Positions 20,067-30,526 of a stretch of DNA of 64,000 nucleotides are shown here, piece by piece (positions within the stretch are counted from its first letter, which is position 1; each line of letters opens with the position of its first letter). The position numbers and the translations under genes were made by a program. This DNA comes from Patescibacteria group bacterium (GTDB lineage: Bacteria; Patescibacteriota; Patescibacteriia; 2-02-FULL-49-11): the NCBI GenBank assembly GCA_041645165.1, contig JBAZQN010000012.1, positions 636 through 64,635 of the forward strand. The letters are read 5' to 3'. A model generated the notes under the pieces. It searched no databases and was not told where the DNA came from. It was given only the letters and a program-made list of their open reading frames with translations.

Positions 20067-20169
20067 GCCCGCCTGCCAACGCCTGTCATTAATGAATGTA
20101 TTACTCTTGGTGTATGCACTTACTTTTATAATCGTTCTCTACCTAAAGGTAAGGCTATGGCGGGCAGGT
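20067..20169. repeat. 103-nt hairpin element with 67-nt loop, copy 3
   Basis: gcccgcctgccaacgcct-N67-aggctatggcgggcaggt. Confidence 0.8.
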
Positions 20170-20254
20170 ATCATTCGCATGGATTAGTATATTGGTATCT
20201 TATGTATTTTATCAATTCCTTGAATCTTCGTCACCTTTCTCGTAAGATGAAGCT

Positions 20255-20722
20255 ATGTATACTGTCGTGATTGATACCAATATACTTATCGCGGCGACCG
20301 AGGACCTAATGAATGCGGCGCGCGAGGTGATAAACCTCGTCATTAAAGGAGAGATTAAAGCGTTTGCCAGCCGCTCTATTTTAGACGAGAACCGTACTTT
20401 ATTGCAACAGCGCGTCGTGGCGGCAGCAGTGCGCAGGGAGCTGCAGGATTATTTCATGAAGGTGGTGCTCGTGCGGCAGGTGCGCAAGAGTATGCCGATG
20501 CTCTGTGAAGATCCGGAGGATGAAAAGTTCGTGCAATGCGTAAGGGCTGTAGAGCCTGAATATCTCATTACCCAGGATCGCCATTTGCTCGACCTTGAGG
20601 ATATTGGCACGACGCATGTAGTGACTCCGCAAGAATTTCTCTCAAACGTCAAGCGCGCGCAGGATCCTTTTGGGAGAGGCGAGTGGGCGGGGTGGGTGAA
20701 GCAATTATTGAAGAATGGCTAA
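20255..20722 (+). CDS. PIN-domain protein (putative toxin, no adjacent antitoxin seen)
   Basis: VVIDTNILI, CEDPEDEKFVQC, YLITQDRHLLDL. Confidence 0.88.
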   Translation: MYTVVIDTNILIAATEDLMNAAREVINLVIKGEIKAFASRSILDENRTLLQQRVVAAAVRRELQDYFMKVVLVRQVRKSMPMLCEDPEDEKFVQCVRAVEPEYLITQDRHLLDLEDIGTTHVVTPQEFLSNVKRAQDPFGRGEWAGWVKQLLKNG

Positions 20723-20772
20723 GTTAAAAAATGGTTAAATGGTTACATTGTTAATTGTTTATTTTTAATGTT

Positions 20773-20913
20773 ATGACGCGAAGAAAGTTACCGAAGAGCA
20801 TACGGAAATACATTCGTCTTGAAAAGGCGCGGCTTCGGCGCGCGATTACAGATTTGCGTGAACGGGAACAGAAGATCAGGGAACTATTAAAACAGTTTGG
20901 CGTTTCACCGTAG
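20773..20913 (+). CDS. Small basic protein, 46 aa (below ORF-track cutoff)
   Basis: MTRRKLPKSIRKYIRLEKARLRRAITDLREREQKIRELLKQFGVSP; co-oriented with neighbours. Confidence 0.7.
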   Translation: MTRRKLPKSIRKYIRLEKARLRRAITDLREREQKIRELLKQFGVSP

Positions 20914-21032
20914 CCCCTGTTTATGTATCAAAATACACATTATCTGCGTAAATCTGCGACCGCGCCGCAGGCGCGCCCCCCGCGAAGCGGGATCTGCGTT
21001 AATCTGCGATATGCGCACAGCGCATATGTTTC

Positions 21033-21539
21033 ATGAAACATACCCCGCCTTATCGTTATTGCATCAAATGCGGAGGGCTTTTCCATCCGCGCCGCGAAGG
21101 CCAGTACGTGCGCTGGGTGTGCACGCGCTGCAGCTACACTTTTTACGGCAATCCTCATCCGACGGTGGGATTGCTTCTTGTCTTCAGGAAAGAATTGTTA
21201 TTCGTGCGGCGCGCGGCGCCGCCTTTCCAAGGGTGGTGGGATTTGCCAGGGGGATTCGTGGAGCGCGGAGAATCGTTTGAAGCCGGGTTGAAGCGCGAAA
21301 TTTATGAGGAATTGGGCATTGCCGTGCCGCGATGTTCCTATTTCGGCAGTTTCGCCGATCTGTATCAAGGCGAGGCGACCTTGGCAGTATTATTCCTCAG
21401 CCGCATCATGCGGAAGCCATCAGTGAAGCCTACTGATGACATACAGGAAGCACAGTGGTTTCCTGTGCACGCGCCTCCTCAACGGTTAGCTTTTACGAAT
21501 AACAGGATTGCGGTGCGCATATTACGCAATGTCGTATGA
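21033..21539 (+). CDS. NUDIX hydrolase with N-terminal zinc ribbon
   Basis: CIKCG...CTRC; Nudix box GGFVERGESFEAGLKREIYEELG. Confidence 0.93.
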   Translation: MKHTPPYRYCIKCGGLFHPRREGQYVRWVCTRCSYTFYGNPHPTVGLLLVFRKELLFVRRAAPPFQGWWDLPGGFVERGESFEAGLKREIYEELGIAVPRCSYFGSFADLYQGEATLAVLFLSRIMRKPSVKPTDDIQEAQWFPVHAPPQRLAFTNNRIAVRILRNVV

Positions 21540-22717
21540 CGAGCCAGCGCATATTATCAGTTACAGAATTCAACCGCATCGTTTCAGACTATCTGGAACA
21601 GGGGTTGGGGGCCGTGACGGTGCAGGGAGAGGTGACGGGGTTCAGGGTCGCGCGGGAGCGGCTGGTGTATTTCGAGCTGAAGGATGAACGCGCGCGGTGT
21701 TTGTGCTTCTCATTGACGCATGAGATGGCCCAGCCTCTCGAGGACGGGATGGAGGTGAAAGTGACGGGGGTGCCGAAAATATTCCAATCAACCGGGGGAT
21801 TCCACTTGCGCGTGCAGGCGGTGGAATTGGTGGGGGAAGGCGCGCTGCAAAAAGCCTTTTTAATGCTCAAGAAAAAACTTGAGGGAGAGGGGTTGTTTGA
21901 AGAGCGATGGAAAGTCTCCCCCCCGCGGTTTCCTGAACGCATCGGCATCATCACCTCTCCCACCGCCGCGGCGTATACTGACATTCTGCGGAGGCTCAAT
22001 GAGCGCTGGGGAGGATTGACCATTACCCTCGCGCCCGTGGCCGTGCAAGGAGCGAGCGCCGTGGGCGAGATTGTAGGCGCGGTCAAATATTTAAACGAAA
22101 GCCATCCGGTCGACATCATTATCCTCACCCGTGGCGGGGGGTCGATGGAAGATTTGCAGGCATTCAACAGCGAGCCGGTCGCCCGCGCGGTGTTTGCCTC
22201 GAAGATTCCCGTTATTTGCGGGGTGGGACATGAGCGCGATGTGACGCTTGCGGATTTTGTTGCAGACGTGCGCGCGTCAACTCCCACGAATGCCGCGGAG
22301 CTGGTGGTGCCTCATCGAAGGGAGATTATACAAGATCTTGCCAATAAAGAAGCGACGCTTGTCGAGGCACTTGAACGCGAACTGCATGAGCGCGCGCACC
22401 AGATTTCACGCATGCTTACGAGCGCTTGGCACGCGATTGAATTCCACATGCAGGAGGTGAAAGGGTTATGCGCACGGTTCCAGCTCTCTTTAAGCCATAT
22501 TGCGCATATCCAGCTGCGTTTTGAAGAGCGGGTGGCGCAGCTGTCGCGCCGACTTCATGCGCTCTCTCCCCAGGAAACCTTAAAACGCGGGTATTCCATC
22601 ACGCGCGTGAAAGGCGCCATCATGCGAGAGGCGACAGGGATTATGGAGGGTGATATAATGGAGACGCAACTCTCTAAGGGTACAGTTTCTTCGCGTGTAG
22701 GGCAGGTTAATAGCTGA
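21536..22717 (+). CDS. xseA: Exodeoxyribonuclease VII large subunit
   Basis: YFELKD, RGGGSMEDL, GVGHERD, RASTPTNAAE, LKRGYSI. Confidence 0.97.
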   Translation: MTSQRILSVTEFNRIVSDYLEQGLGAVTVQGEVTGFRVARERLVYFELKDERARCLCFSLTHEMAQPLEDGMEVKVTGVPKIFQSTGGFHLRVQAVELVGEGALQKAFLMLKKKLEGEGLFEERWKVSPPRFPERIGIITSPTAAAYTDILRRLNERWGGLTITLAPVAVQGASAVGEIVGAVKYLNESHPVDIIILTRGGGSMEDLQAFNSEPVARAVFASKIPVICGVGHERDVTLADFVADVRASTPTNAAELVVPHRREIIQDLANKEATLVEALERELHERAHQISRMLTSAWHAIEFHMQEVKGLCARFQLSLSHIAHIQLRFEERVAQLSRRLHALSPQETLKRGYSITRVKGAIMREATGIMEGDIMETQLSKGTVSSRVGQVNS

Positions 22718-22841
22718 ATAAGTATTAAAAATAGTCTTTAATTCAAAACGTAAATCTTATAACTCGAAACCACAACTCGAATCGTAAAGCTATTTAGTTT
22801 TGAGATATGGATTTGACATTTGAGCTTTGAGATTACACATT

Positions 22842-23093
22842 ATGCCGAGACCAAAAGTCAATTTTGTAAAATCATTTGAAGAGTTGGAGAAGATCGTGGC
22901 GAAGTTTGAAGAAGGCCGCATTGATCTGGACGAGGCGCTTGTGGAATTCGAGCGCGGATTGAAGCTGGTGGATGAATTGAAAGGGCGGCTAAAGGAAGTG
23001 GAGAATAAGGTGGTGGTGTTGAAGAAGCAGTTTAAGAACAGTAATGAGGAGACGGAGAAAGAAGAGACGGAAGCGGAAGAAGAATCACAGTAA
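22842..23093 (+). CDS. xseB: Exodeoxyribonuclease VII small subunit
   Basis: ELEKIVAKFEEGRIDLDEALVEFERG; follows xseA. Confidence 0.93.
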   Translation: MPRPKVNFVKSFEELEKIVAKFEEGRIDLDEALVEFERGLKLVDELKGRLKEVENKVVVLKKQFKNSNEETEKEETEAEEESQ

Positions 23094-23188
23094 TGCAAAA
23101 CTCAAAATTATTATGGAGTCCCGCGGAGCGGGACGAAATACCTTCATTTTGGTTTTTGACTTTTGGTTTTTGACTTTCACATTAAGGT

Positions 23189-24367
23189 ATGCCCAAAGCG
23201 CAGTTTCCCATGAGCGAATCCGCCACGAATGTGGTGAACTCGTATATTGATGAAGCATTGAGGCTCAACGCGTCAGACGTGCATATTGAGCCGGACGCCA
23301 CGCATGTGCGCATTCGGTTCCGTATCGACGGCACCCTGCGCGAAGCAGGGAGCGAGGACACCGATTTCCTTCCGACGCTCGTATCCCGCATCAAGGTGCT
23401 CTCCAACCTCGATATTTCGGAAACGCGCATTCCCCAGGACGGGCGGTTTCAGCTCAAAAAAGGCGGCAAGGAGCTTGATGTGCGCGTGTCCGTGTTTCCC
23501 ACAAGTTATGGCGAGTGCGTGGTCATGCGTCTTTTGGATTTAAGCCGCGCGCTGCTCAGCTTTGACCAATTAGGCGTGCGGGGGAATGATTTAGACAGGC
23601 TCCAGCGCATGGTGAGCAAACCAAACGGCCTTCTCCTGGTGACCGGCCCCACCGGATCGGGGAAAACGACTTCGCTTTTTTCATTTTTAAATACCATCAC
23701 TACGCCGGAGAAATGCGTGGTCACGCTCGAGGACCCTATCGAGTATCGCCTGCCTAACATCCGCCAAACGCAGGTAGATTACGATATCGGGCTTACGTTT
23801 GCGAAAGGATTGAGGGGACTCTTTCGCCAGAATCCCGATATTATCATGGTCGGCGAGATCCGCGACCAGGAAACCGCGCAGATAGCGGTAGAAGCAGCGC
23901 TCACCGGCCACCTCGTGCTCACGACGCTGCATACGAATGACGCTATTGGCGCGGTGGCACGCCTCGTGAATATGGGCACTGAGCCGTTCCTCATCGGTTC
24001 CTCCCTTATCGGCGTGATTGCCCAGCGTTTGGTGCGCAAGGTGTGCGAAGTTTGCGGTAAGGAATTCCATCCGCCGCAAACGCTATTGGAGGATCTGGGA
24101 ATGCACGAAAAAGACGCGGTGTTCCGCAGGGGGGAAAAGTGCGATGCGTGCGCGTTTACCGGATATCGCGGCCGGAGCGGCATCTTTGAGGTTCTTGAGG
24201 TGACCAAGGAGATAGAGACCATGATTATCGCGCGCGAGCCGATCGAACACATTGAAACGAACGCGCGAAGGAGTGGCATGAAGAGCCTTCGAGAAAACGG
24301 GCTCTCGCTCGCACGGGAAGGCTTTACAACTCTGGAGGAAATAGTGCGGCTGACGAGGAAAGGATGA
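23189..24367 (+). CDS. GspE/PilB-family ATPase (short, no N-terminal extension)
   Basis: ASDVHIEP, PQDGR, GPTGSGKTT, LEDPIEY, VGEIRD, TLHTND, tetracysteine motif. Confidence 0.95.
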   Translation: MPKAQFPMSESATNVVNSYIDEALRLNASDVHIEPDATHVRIRFRIDGTLREAGSEDTDFLPTLVSRIKVLSNLDISETRIPQDGRFQLKKGGKELDVRVSVFPTSYGECVVMRLLDLSRALLSFDQLGVRGNDLDRLQRMVSKPNGLLLVTGPTGSGKTTSLFSFLNTITTPEKCVVTLEDPIEYRLPNIRQTQVDYDIGLTFAKGLRGLFRQNPDIIMVGEIRDQETAQIAVEAALTGHLVLTTLHTNDAIGAVARLVNMGTEPFLIGSSLIGVIAQRLVRKVCEVCGKEFHPPQTLLEDLGMHEKDAVFRRGEKCDACAFTGYRGRSGIFEVLEVTKEIETMIIAREPIEHIETNARRSGMKSLRENGLSLAREGFTTLEEIVRLTRKG

Positions 24368-24408
24368 AGAGAGTGAAGAAGCGAGAATTTAGAATTAAAA
24401 ATTTAGCA

Positions 24409-24568
24409 GTAACTGCTCACTAACCCTCGACACCCCCACCACACCTCCCCCTTGTTAGGGGGAGGACAATCGTTGTTCTCCCCTGCCTGCGCAGGCAGGC
24501 CTGCCAGGGGGAGATGCAAAAGAGGGGGCTCCACTGCGGGATTGGAGAATGCCCCAGTGAGCAGTTAC
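24409..24568. mobile_element. MITE-like element with 13-bp terminal inverted repeats and nested hairpins
   Basis: gtaactgctcact / agtgagcagttac enclosing cctccccc..gggggagg and cctgcctgc-gcaggcagg. Confidence 0.6.
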
Positions 24569-24586
24569 ATTTAGCACTTGGAACGC

Positions 24587-25105
<519 letters not shown>

Positions 25106-25119
25106 TGTAAAAATCAAAA

Positions 25120-25180
25120 GTCATAGTTCGACTCGGCTCACCATGACACAGAACGATTATCATCCTGAGCCGAGTCGATG
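25120..25180. repeat. TTCGAC..GCTCA / TGAGC..GTCGA palindromic repeat
   Basis: gttcgactcggctcaccatgac...catcctgagccgagtcga; relative at ~39869-39931. Confidence 0.7.
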
Positions 25181-25200
25181 AGATTACATTTTGAATTATA

Positions 25201-26334
25201 ATGATGCGTTTTTTGCTTTCCGTCGCTACCCTAGTAGGTACCATCGTAGGGGTTGGAATGTTTGGGCTGCCGGCAGTAACCGCGGAAGCGGGGTGGCTCT
25301 CCATCGCCGTGATTGCGCTCATCGTCTTGCCCTTAGTGGTGATCACCCATCTTGCCTACGCCCACGTGGTGGTGCTTACTTCAAGCCGCGCCCGTTTGCC
25401 CGGCTATGCAGGATTATGGCTTGGGAAACCAGCGAAATATGTGGCATTTGTTTCTCAAGCGTTGGGATTGGTAGGCTCTTCTCTGGCGTATCTCATGGTG
25501 GGCGGTTCGTTCCTCGCGCAGTTTATCAGTAGCGTGTTGCCGATACCGTTTTGGGCGGGAGTAGCCATTTTTTTTCTCGCAGGAGCGGTGCTGGTGTGGC
25601 GGGGGACGAAGAGCATCGCACGCGCAGAGCTTGTAATGGTGGGGATCATGTTGTGTGCCATTGTGGTGCTGGGGATCGCGGCCCTGCCCTCGTTTAGAAG
25701 CGCAAATCTTGCCGCTATTCCTTTCACCGGCGCACCATGGCGCGCGTATGGCGTGCTCATTTTTTCTCTGTGGGGAATGTCAGTCATTCCTGAAGTGGCA
25801 GAGGTATCATCGCGCCGGAATTTAGGCGAGGTGGTGGCGGGCGGAGTTATTCTTTCCTTCCTTGCGTCTGCGCTCTTCGTGCTCATTGCCCTGGGGGTGA
25901 GCGACGGCGCCATTTCCGCGGACGCGCTTAGCTCATTAAGCATGCACCTTGGGAAAGGGGTGAGACTGTTCGGATTCGGATTCGGCGTACTCGCCACCTT
26001 TACGTCATACCTCACGCTCACCCGCGTCACCGTGGATATGCTGCGATATGATTTCCGCATTGGCACCGTCGTATCATTTATCTCGGCAACGGTTATCCCC
26101 CTCATACTCCTCCTCATGGGATTCAATGATTTTATCACCGTGCTTGCGATCACCGGCGCCGTCAGCCTTGGTATAGAAGGCATTCTCGTGATGATGATCG
26201 AGGAGCATGCGGTCCGAGAGCGCCCGCAGCAGAAGATATTTCATATGCCGTCCTTCGTGAGAAATACGGTGATTTTATTATTATGCATCGGTATTTCCCT
26301 TGAGCTTCTTGCGACCATAGGGGTATTGAAATAG
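25201..26334 (+). CDS. Aromatic amino acid permease family protein
   Basis: ATLVGTIVGVGMFGLP, YGVLIFSLWGMSVIPE, ATFTSYL; many TM helices. Confidence 0.88.
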   Translation: MMRFLLSVATLVGTIVGVGMFGLPAVTAEAGWLSIAVIALIVLPLVVITHLAYAHVVVLTSSRARLPGYAGLWLGKPAKYVAFVSQALGLVGSSLAYLMVGGSFLAQFISSVLPIPFWAGVAIFFLAGAVLVWRGTKSIARAELVMVGIMLCAIVVLGIAALPSFRSANLAAIPFTGAPWRAYGVLIFSLWGMSVIPEVAEVSSRRNLGEVVAGGVILSFLASALFVLIALGVSDGAISADALSSLSMHLGKGVRLFGFGFGVLATFTSYLTLTRVTVDMLRYDFRIGTVVSFISATVIPLILLLMGFNDFITVLAITGAVSLGIEGILVMMIEEHAVRERPQQKIFHMPSFVRNTVILLLCIGISLELLATIGVLK

Positions 26335-26375
26335 CAGCTTGCCAATGATCTGCCTGCGATATACACTTTCATTAG

Positions 26376-29300
26376 ATGAACACTTTATTACATAATGAAA
26401 AATTTTCACAGGTTTCAAAACGAAACCTGATACATGAGCACGTTCTCCTCTGCCGGTTTTTGTTGCCTTTAAGCATTCTCCTCTCTTTCATATTTCTCCC
26501 ACCCTCCGCACAATCCGCCTCATGCCTCCCCCTTCCTTCAGACGCCGCACACTGGTGGCGCGCCGAAGGCAATGCGCAGGACAGCCTGGGCTTAAACCAC
26601 GGCGCCTTGGAAGGAGGCACTCTCTATGAAGCCGGTAAAGTAGGTCAGGGATTTAGCTTTGACGGCATTGACGATCTGGTGCAGATACCCACCCAAGGAT
26701 TCCCCGCAGGAGCAAGCGATCGCACCCTGGAAGTATGGGTTAAGATTGACGCCCTGGTTGTCCAGGAGGCGTATTTTGCAGGCTACGGCCTGTTCGGCGC
26801 CACTGGCGCGTCGTACAATATTGGCGCAAGCTTCGGCAGGCTCTATTTCTCCTCATGGGGGCCTGACCTGTTCGGGCCGCAGGTCGAGTTAGGACAGTGG
26901 CACCACGTTGCCGTGACCAATGTCGGCAGCTTCGTCACGCTCTACCTCGATGGCGTGTCCGTGAACAGCGCTTCACTCCCCATCGATGTCCCCCCTGAAG
27001 GCACGCAGTTCTTTATAGGTAAGGTCGGAGGGGAGTACGGCGATATCAGGCGGCTGCAAGGCCAGGTGGATGAGGTGAGCCTCTACACCCGCGCCCTCAC
27101 GGCTGAAGAAATTGCCGCCATCTATCAGGCAGGCTCTTTAGGCAAATGTGCTCCAGGATCACCCGCGAACCACCCTCCCATCCTCTCCTTTTCGCAAGAG
27201 ACCGGCTATGTCACCGACGGCATCAATCCTGACAAGGGCACAGCCAATCTTACTCCACTCGCCTTCAAAGTCATCTACACCGACCACGACAACGACCCGC
27301 CGCAGAGTCTCTTACTCCACATCGATACCGGCACCGTCAATCTTGACCCCATCCCTCTCATTCCCGATACTGGCGACACTGTTCCCTCCATACTCAAAGA
27401 CGGCAACTTTTCCAACGGCGAACAGTACGCTTACACCAGCACCTTCCCCAAGGGAAATTACCAATACCATTTCGAAACCAGCGACGGCGAAACAACCGCG
27501 CGTCTGCCTGCTGCAGGTGAGTTGAACTTTACTGTCGATTACCAGCCAGTCATCCTCATCCATGGGATTGCAGGATCAAGGAACTTGGACGTGATGTTCG
27601 GGGGCATCCTTTCCAATAACTGGAAACTCAACGGCAATGCCTACCTAGATCTTATACACACTCTTACCGATGCGGGATATACACAAGGACAAGATTTATT
27701 CATTGCCTTTTACGACTGGCGCCAAGATAACGCCCAGTCGGCCGCGCAGTACCTTGTTCCTATTATTGACGAAGCAAAGAGCAGGACCGGGCAAAGCAAA
27801 GTGGATATTGTGGCGCATTCAATGGGGGGGCTAGTCGCCCGAAGCTATATCCAAAGCGCCGGGTATCGTAACGACGTGGATCAACTCTTACTCATTGGCA
27901 CCCCGAATCAAGGCTCGAGTGATTCATATCTAATTTGGGAGGGAGGGCAATTGCCGGAGGATTGGAGTTCATCTATGAAATGGATTGTAAGGGCATACGT
28001 CGAGTATCTACGTGACAAATTATTCCCCCCACAAACCACTGTAAGCGCTATTCAAGAAAATATTCCCTCTATTGGCCAACTCCTCCCCACCTACGGTTTT
28101 CTTGTTGAGAATGATACTAACAATGTCATCACGCTCGCGAACCCTTATCTTGACGGCCTGAATGCAGGGATCGGCACGCTTTCTCCGCGCGTAGGCGACC
28201 TCCTCGTAATTGCTGGAGATGAGGTGGCCACGATTGAAAAAATCCTTGTGGAAGATCGAAGTTCTATAGATGCACTCCAAAATCAATGGGAACATGGTAA
28301 GCCGAATCCGAATCCTCCCCTGAAAGACTCCCAAGACGGCGACAACCGTGTCTTGCTTTCCAGCGCTTCAATTCTTAGCGTCACCCGACTGTTATACGGG
28401 AACGGCAGACACGACCGTTTGCCCACACTTGCTCAGCAGGACGTGGTAGAGGCGCTTATGGGTACCCGTCCATCCACTATCTACGATACTCCTGATCCGT
28501 CTCGCATTTTGGGCGTTATGGTGGCCTCTCCTGTGGAAATTGAGATAACGGACAGTGAAGGGAAGATGGTCTCCAGAACACTCTCCGAAATTCCCGGTGC
28601 CGAGTTTGACGCAGAAACCAATCCCATGGGCGTCAAGATGATCATGATTCCTGATCCAGGTGATGGCGTTTACACTATCAAACTCGCCGGCACTGACAAT
28701 GGCACCTATCACCTGATTACTGCTTTCATCGATGAAGACACGGACTCGTCCAAAACGTTCACCGGAGAGGCGCGAATGGACGAAATCATTGAATATCGAA
28801 TCATACTTAATGGTGAGAGCAATGAAATTCCTCTCGTCACAGAGATCATTGACGGAGAGCCGCCCGCGGCGGTCATCACGCAACCTCAAGATAACTCAAC
28901 TCATTCTGACGCCGAGATTCTCCCAATGGAGCTGGTGAGCGCCGATCGCCTCTCGGGGATTAAGGAATCAAGGCTCTTTTTTGACGGCGCCGTCTTTGCC
29001 GCTTCCCCCACGCCCACCACCACCGCATCCGCTGATCTCTCTCTCGTGTCCCTCGGTATGCATACCGTCAGGGGCGAGGCGGATGACCGCGCAGGCAACA
29101 CCACGTCAACGGAAGTCACTATCATCTCCATAACCTCCTTTGACGATACTATCCGGAACATTGAACATTACGAAACGCTTGGTTTGCTCAGCATACAGCC
29201 CAAGGTGAAGCAATTTCTAGTCGTTCAGCTCAAGGCCGCCAAGACGCTGGCTCAGCAGTACGTTAAGCGCCCCCTCCCGAAGTTAAAGATTGCCGTCAAT

Positions 29301-29414
29301 ACCATTCTCTTAACTTTGACTAAAGAAGTTGAGATCCTGGAGCAGATAGGCATGATTGATCCCCGAGCGGCAAGTCATCTCAAGGAAGCCTTTGTGTTTT
29401 TGAAGATTCCTTAA
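26376..29414 (+). CDS. Secreted LamG-domain + alpha/beta-hydrolase (PGAP1/LCAT-like lipase) protein
   Basis: Signal peptide; LamG motifs WHHVAVT, GQVDEVSLYTRALTAEEI; PVILIHGIAGS, YDWRQ, VAHSMGGLVAR, GTPNQGS, DGDNRV. Confidence 0.88.
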   Translation: MNTLLHNEKFSQVSKRNLIHEHVLLCRFLLPLSILLSFIFLPPSAQSASCLPLPSDAAHWWRAEGNAQDSLGLNHGALEGGTLYEAGKVGQGFSFDGIDDLVQIPTQGFPAGASDRTLEVWVKIDALVVQEAYFAGYGLFGATGASYNIGASFGRLYFSSWGPDLFGPQVELGQWHHVAVTNVGSFVTLYLDGVSVNSASLPIDVPPEGTQFFIGKVGGEYGDIRRLQGQVDEVSLYTRALTAEEIAAIYQAGSLGKCAPGSPANHPPILSFSQETGYVTDGINPDKGTANLTPLAFKVIYTDHDNDPPQSLLLHIDTGTVNLDPIPLIPDTGDTVPSILKDGNFSNGEQYAYTSTFPKGNYQYHFETSDGETTARLPAAGELNFTVDYQPVILIHGIAGSRNLDVMFGGILSNNWKLNGNAYLDLIHTLTDAGYTQGQDLFIAFYDWRQDNAQSAAQYLVPIIDEAKSRTGQSKVDIVAHSMGGLVARSYIQSAGYRNDVDQLLLIGTPNQGSSDSYLIWEGGQLPEDWSSSMKWIVRAYVEYLRDKLFPPQTTVSAIQENIPSIGQLLPTYGFLVENDTNNVITLANPYLDGLNAGIGTLSPRVGDLLVIAGDEVATIEKILVEDRSSIDALQNQWEHGKPNPNPPLKDSQDGDNRVLLSSASILSVTRLLYGNGRHDRLPTLAQQDVVEALMGTRPSTIYDTPDPSRILGVMVASPVEIEITDSEGKMVSRTLSEIPGAEFDAETNPMGVKMIMIPDPGDGVYTIKLAGTDNGTYHLITAFIDEDTDSSKTFTGEARMDEIIEYRIILNGESNEIPLVTEIIDGEPPAAVITQPQDNSTHSDAEILPMELVSADRLSGIKESRLFFDGAVFAASPTPTTTASADLSLVSLGMHTVRGEADDRAGNTTSTEVTIISITSFDDTIRNIEHYETLGLLSIQPKVKQFLVVQLKAAKTLAQQYVKRPLPKLKIAVNTILLTLTKEVEILEQIGMIDPRAASHLKEAFVFLKIP

Positions 29415-29448
29415 GTTCATTAATACCAATAATAATTTTATCTGTCTT

Positions 29449-29820
29449 ATGGAATCGAAACAGTCATTATCGCATCCTACTATACCAACTACGACAGGAA
29501 GGGTAAAAAAAGTATCGTTAAGGTTCATTATAGCCGTAATTTTATTTATTATTTTACTTTTTACTTATTTCATTGCCAAGGATCTTTTTATTAGTATAAC
29601 CGTCGTGCTATTTTGGCCATTTTCAATTTCTCTCTCGCTATTTTTAATTCTTTCCCCTTTTATTTATATTTGGAGGCTAAAGAAGAGCTGGAGCTTTTTA
29701 AATATATGCATTGCGCTCATCAGCGCTGTCATCCTCACTATAGTAGTATATTTTGGTTGGGTCGTTTTTTTAAACTACATGTTTGATGTTATGGGCGAAG
29801 CACTCTTGAGCACATTTTAA
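29449..29820 (+). CDS. Small 3-TM membrane protein, family A copy 1
   Basis: AT-rich, hydrophobic; paralog at 31028. Confidence 0.75.
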   Translation: MESKQSLSHPTIPTTTGRVKKVSLRFIIAVILFIILLFTYFIAKDLFISITVVLFWPFSISLSLFLILSPFIYIWRLKKSWSFLNICIALISAVILTIVVYFGWVVFLNYMFDVMGEALLSTF

Positions 29821-29856
29821 AAGTGCCATTTCTGCGGGCTTGTTGGGTCTTTTATA

Positions 29857-29922
29857 TGAAAGTCACTAAACCACAACAGTTGTATATATTAATAATAGTA
29901 TCATTAAGATTTTGGGTTTTAA
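29857..29922 (+). pseudogene. Internally deleted remnant of a family B (KDFGF) gene
   Basis: Start matches 31413 (MKVTKPQQLYIL) and is joined out of frame to the end sequence aagattttgggttttaa. Confidence 0.7.
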
Positions 29923-29925
29923 ATA

Positions 29926-30225
29926 ATGGTGTTTTATTCCATGATATTTAAAACAAAACACGCAGTTATAGTATTAATCTCTATTTTTGCATTGGACTTA
30001 GTTTATTTGGTGGGTGTCATTAATCGCATAGATTCTATCATCAATTATTCAATATGGTGGTTTAGCATTGCGTTTATTGGATTCGCCCTTTCTTATATAA
30101 TGAATAAAGCTGATTTTGAAGATAAGACAGCGATTAATATATTTATAACAATCGGTCTTCTCATTAATCTTGTTCTCATAGTGTTTTGGTATCTTTTTAG
30201 AGATTTTGACCCAATATTTCTATAA
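29926..30225 (+). CDS. Small 3-TM membrane protein, family B
   Basis: FALD..IGF..ITIGLLINL..FWYLFRDF. Confidence 0.75.
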   Translation: MVFYSMIFKTKHAVIVLISIFALDLVYLVGVINRIDSIINYSIWWFSIAFIGFALSYIMNKADFEDKTAINIFITIGLLINLVLIVFWYLFRDFDPIFL

Positions 30226-30520
30226 ATATACGCATTATTCCCCGAAAGGCATATTAATTCTTGCAGTATCTTCTTTTGGATTGGATGTGTTATTTTACTT
30301 AACCGTAAAAAGTAATAGCACTTTCATTATTCAGAGTAGTATATTGTGTATCATTTTGAGCTTTATAGGATTTGTTTGGCTGTTGATTCTGAATAGAAAA
30401 ACACCTTCATCTAATAAAGATAGCAGATGGACTATATTAGGATTGATTGGTGTTGTGATTAATCTGTATTTCCTCTTTGGATGGTCGTATTGGTTTGTAT
30501 TTAAAGATTTTGGGTTTTAA
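30206..30520 (+). CDS. Small 3-TM membrane protein, family B (start uncertain)
   Basis: FGLD..IGF..IGVVINL..WFVFKDFGF; only a TTG start is available. Confidence 0.65.
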   Translation: MTQYFYKYTHYSPKGILILAVSSFGLDVLFYLTVKSNSTFIIQSSILCIILSFIGFVWLLILNRKTPSSNKDSRWTILGLIGVVINLYFLFGWSYWFVFKDFGF

Positions 30521-30526
30521 GTTGTT

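Noticed and set aside
18803-20151. Diversity-generating retroelement TR/VR pair in the two ychF-flanking loops
   Set aside because: Differences are not confined to adenines of one strand, neither copy is coding, and no reverse transcriptase is present
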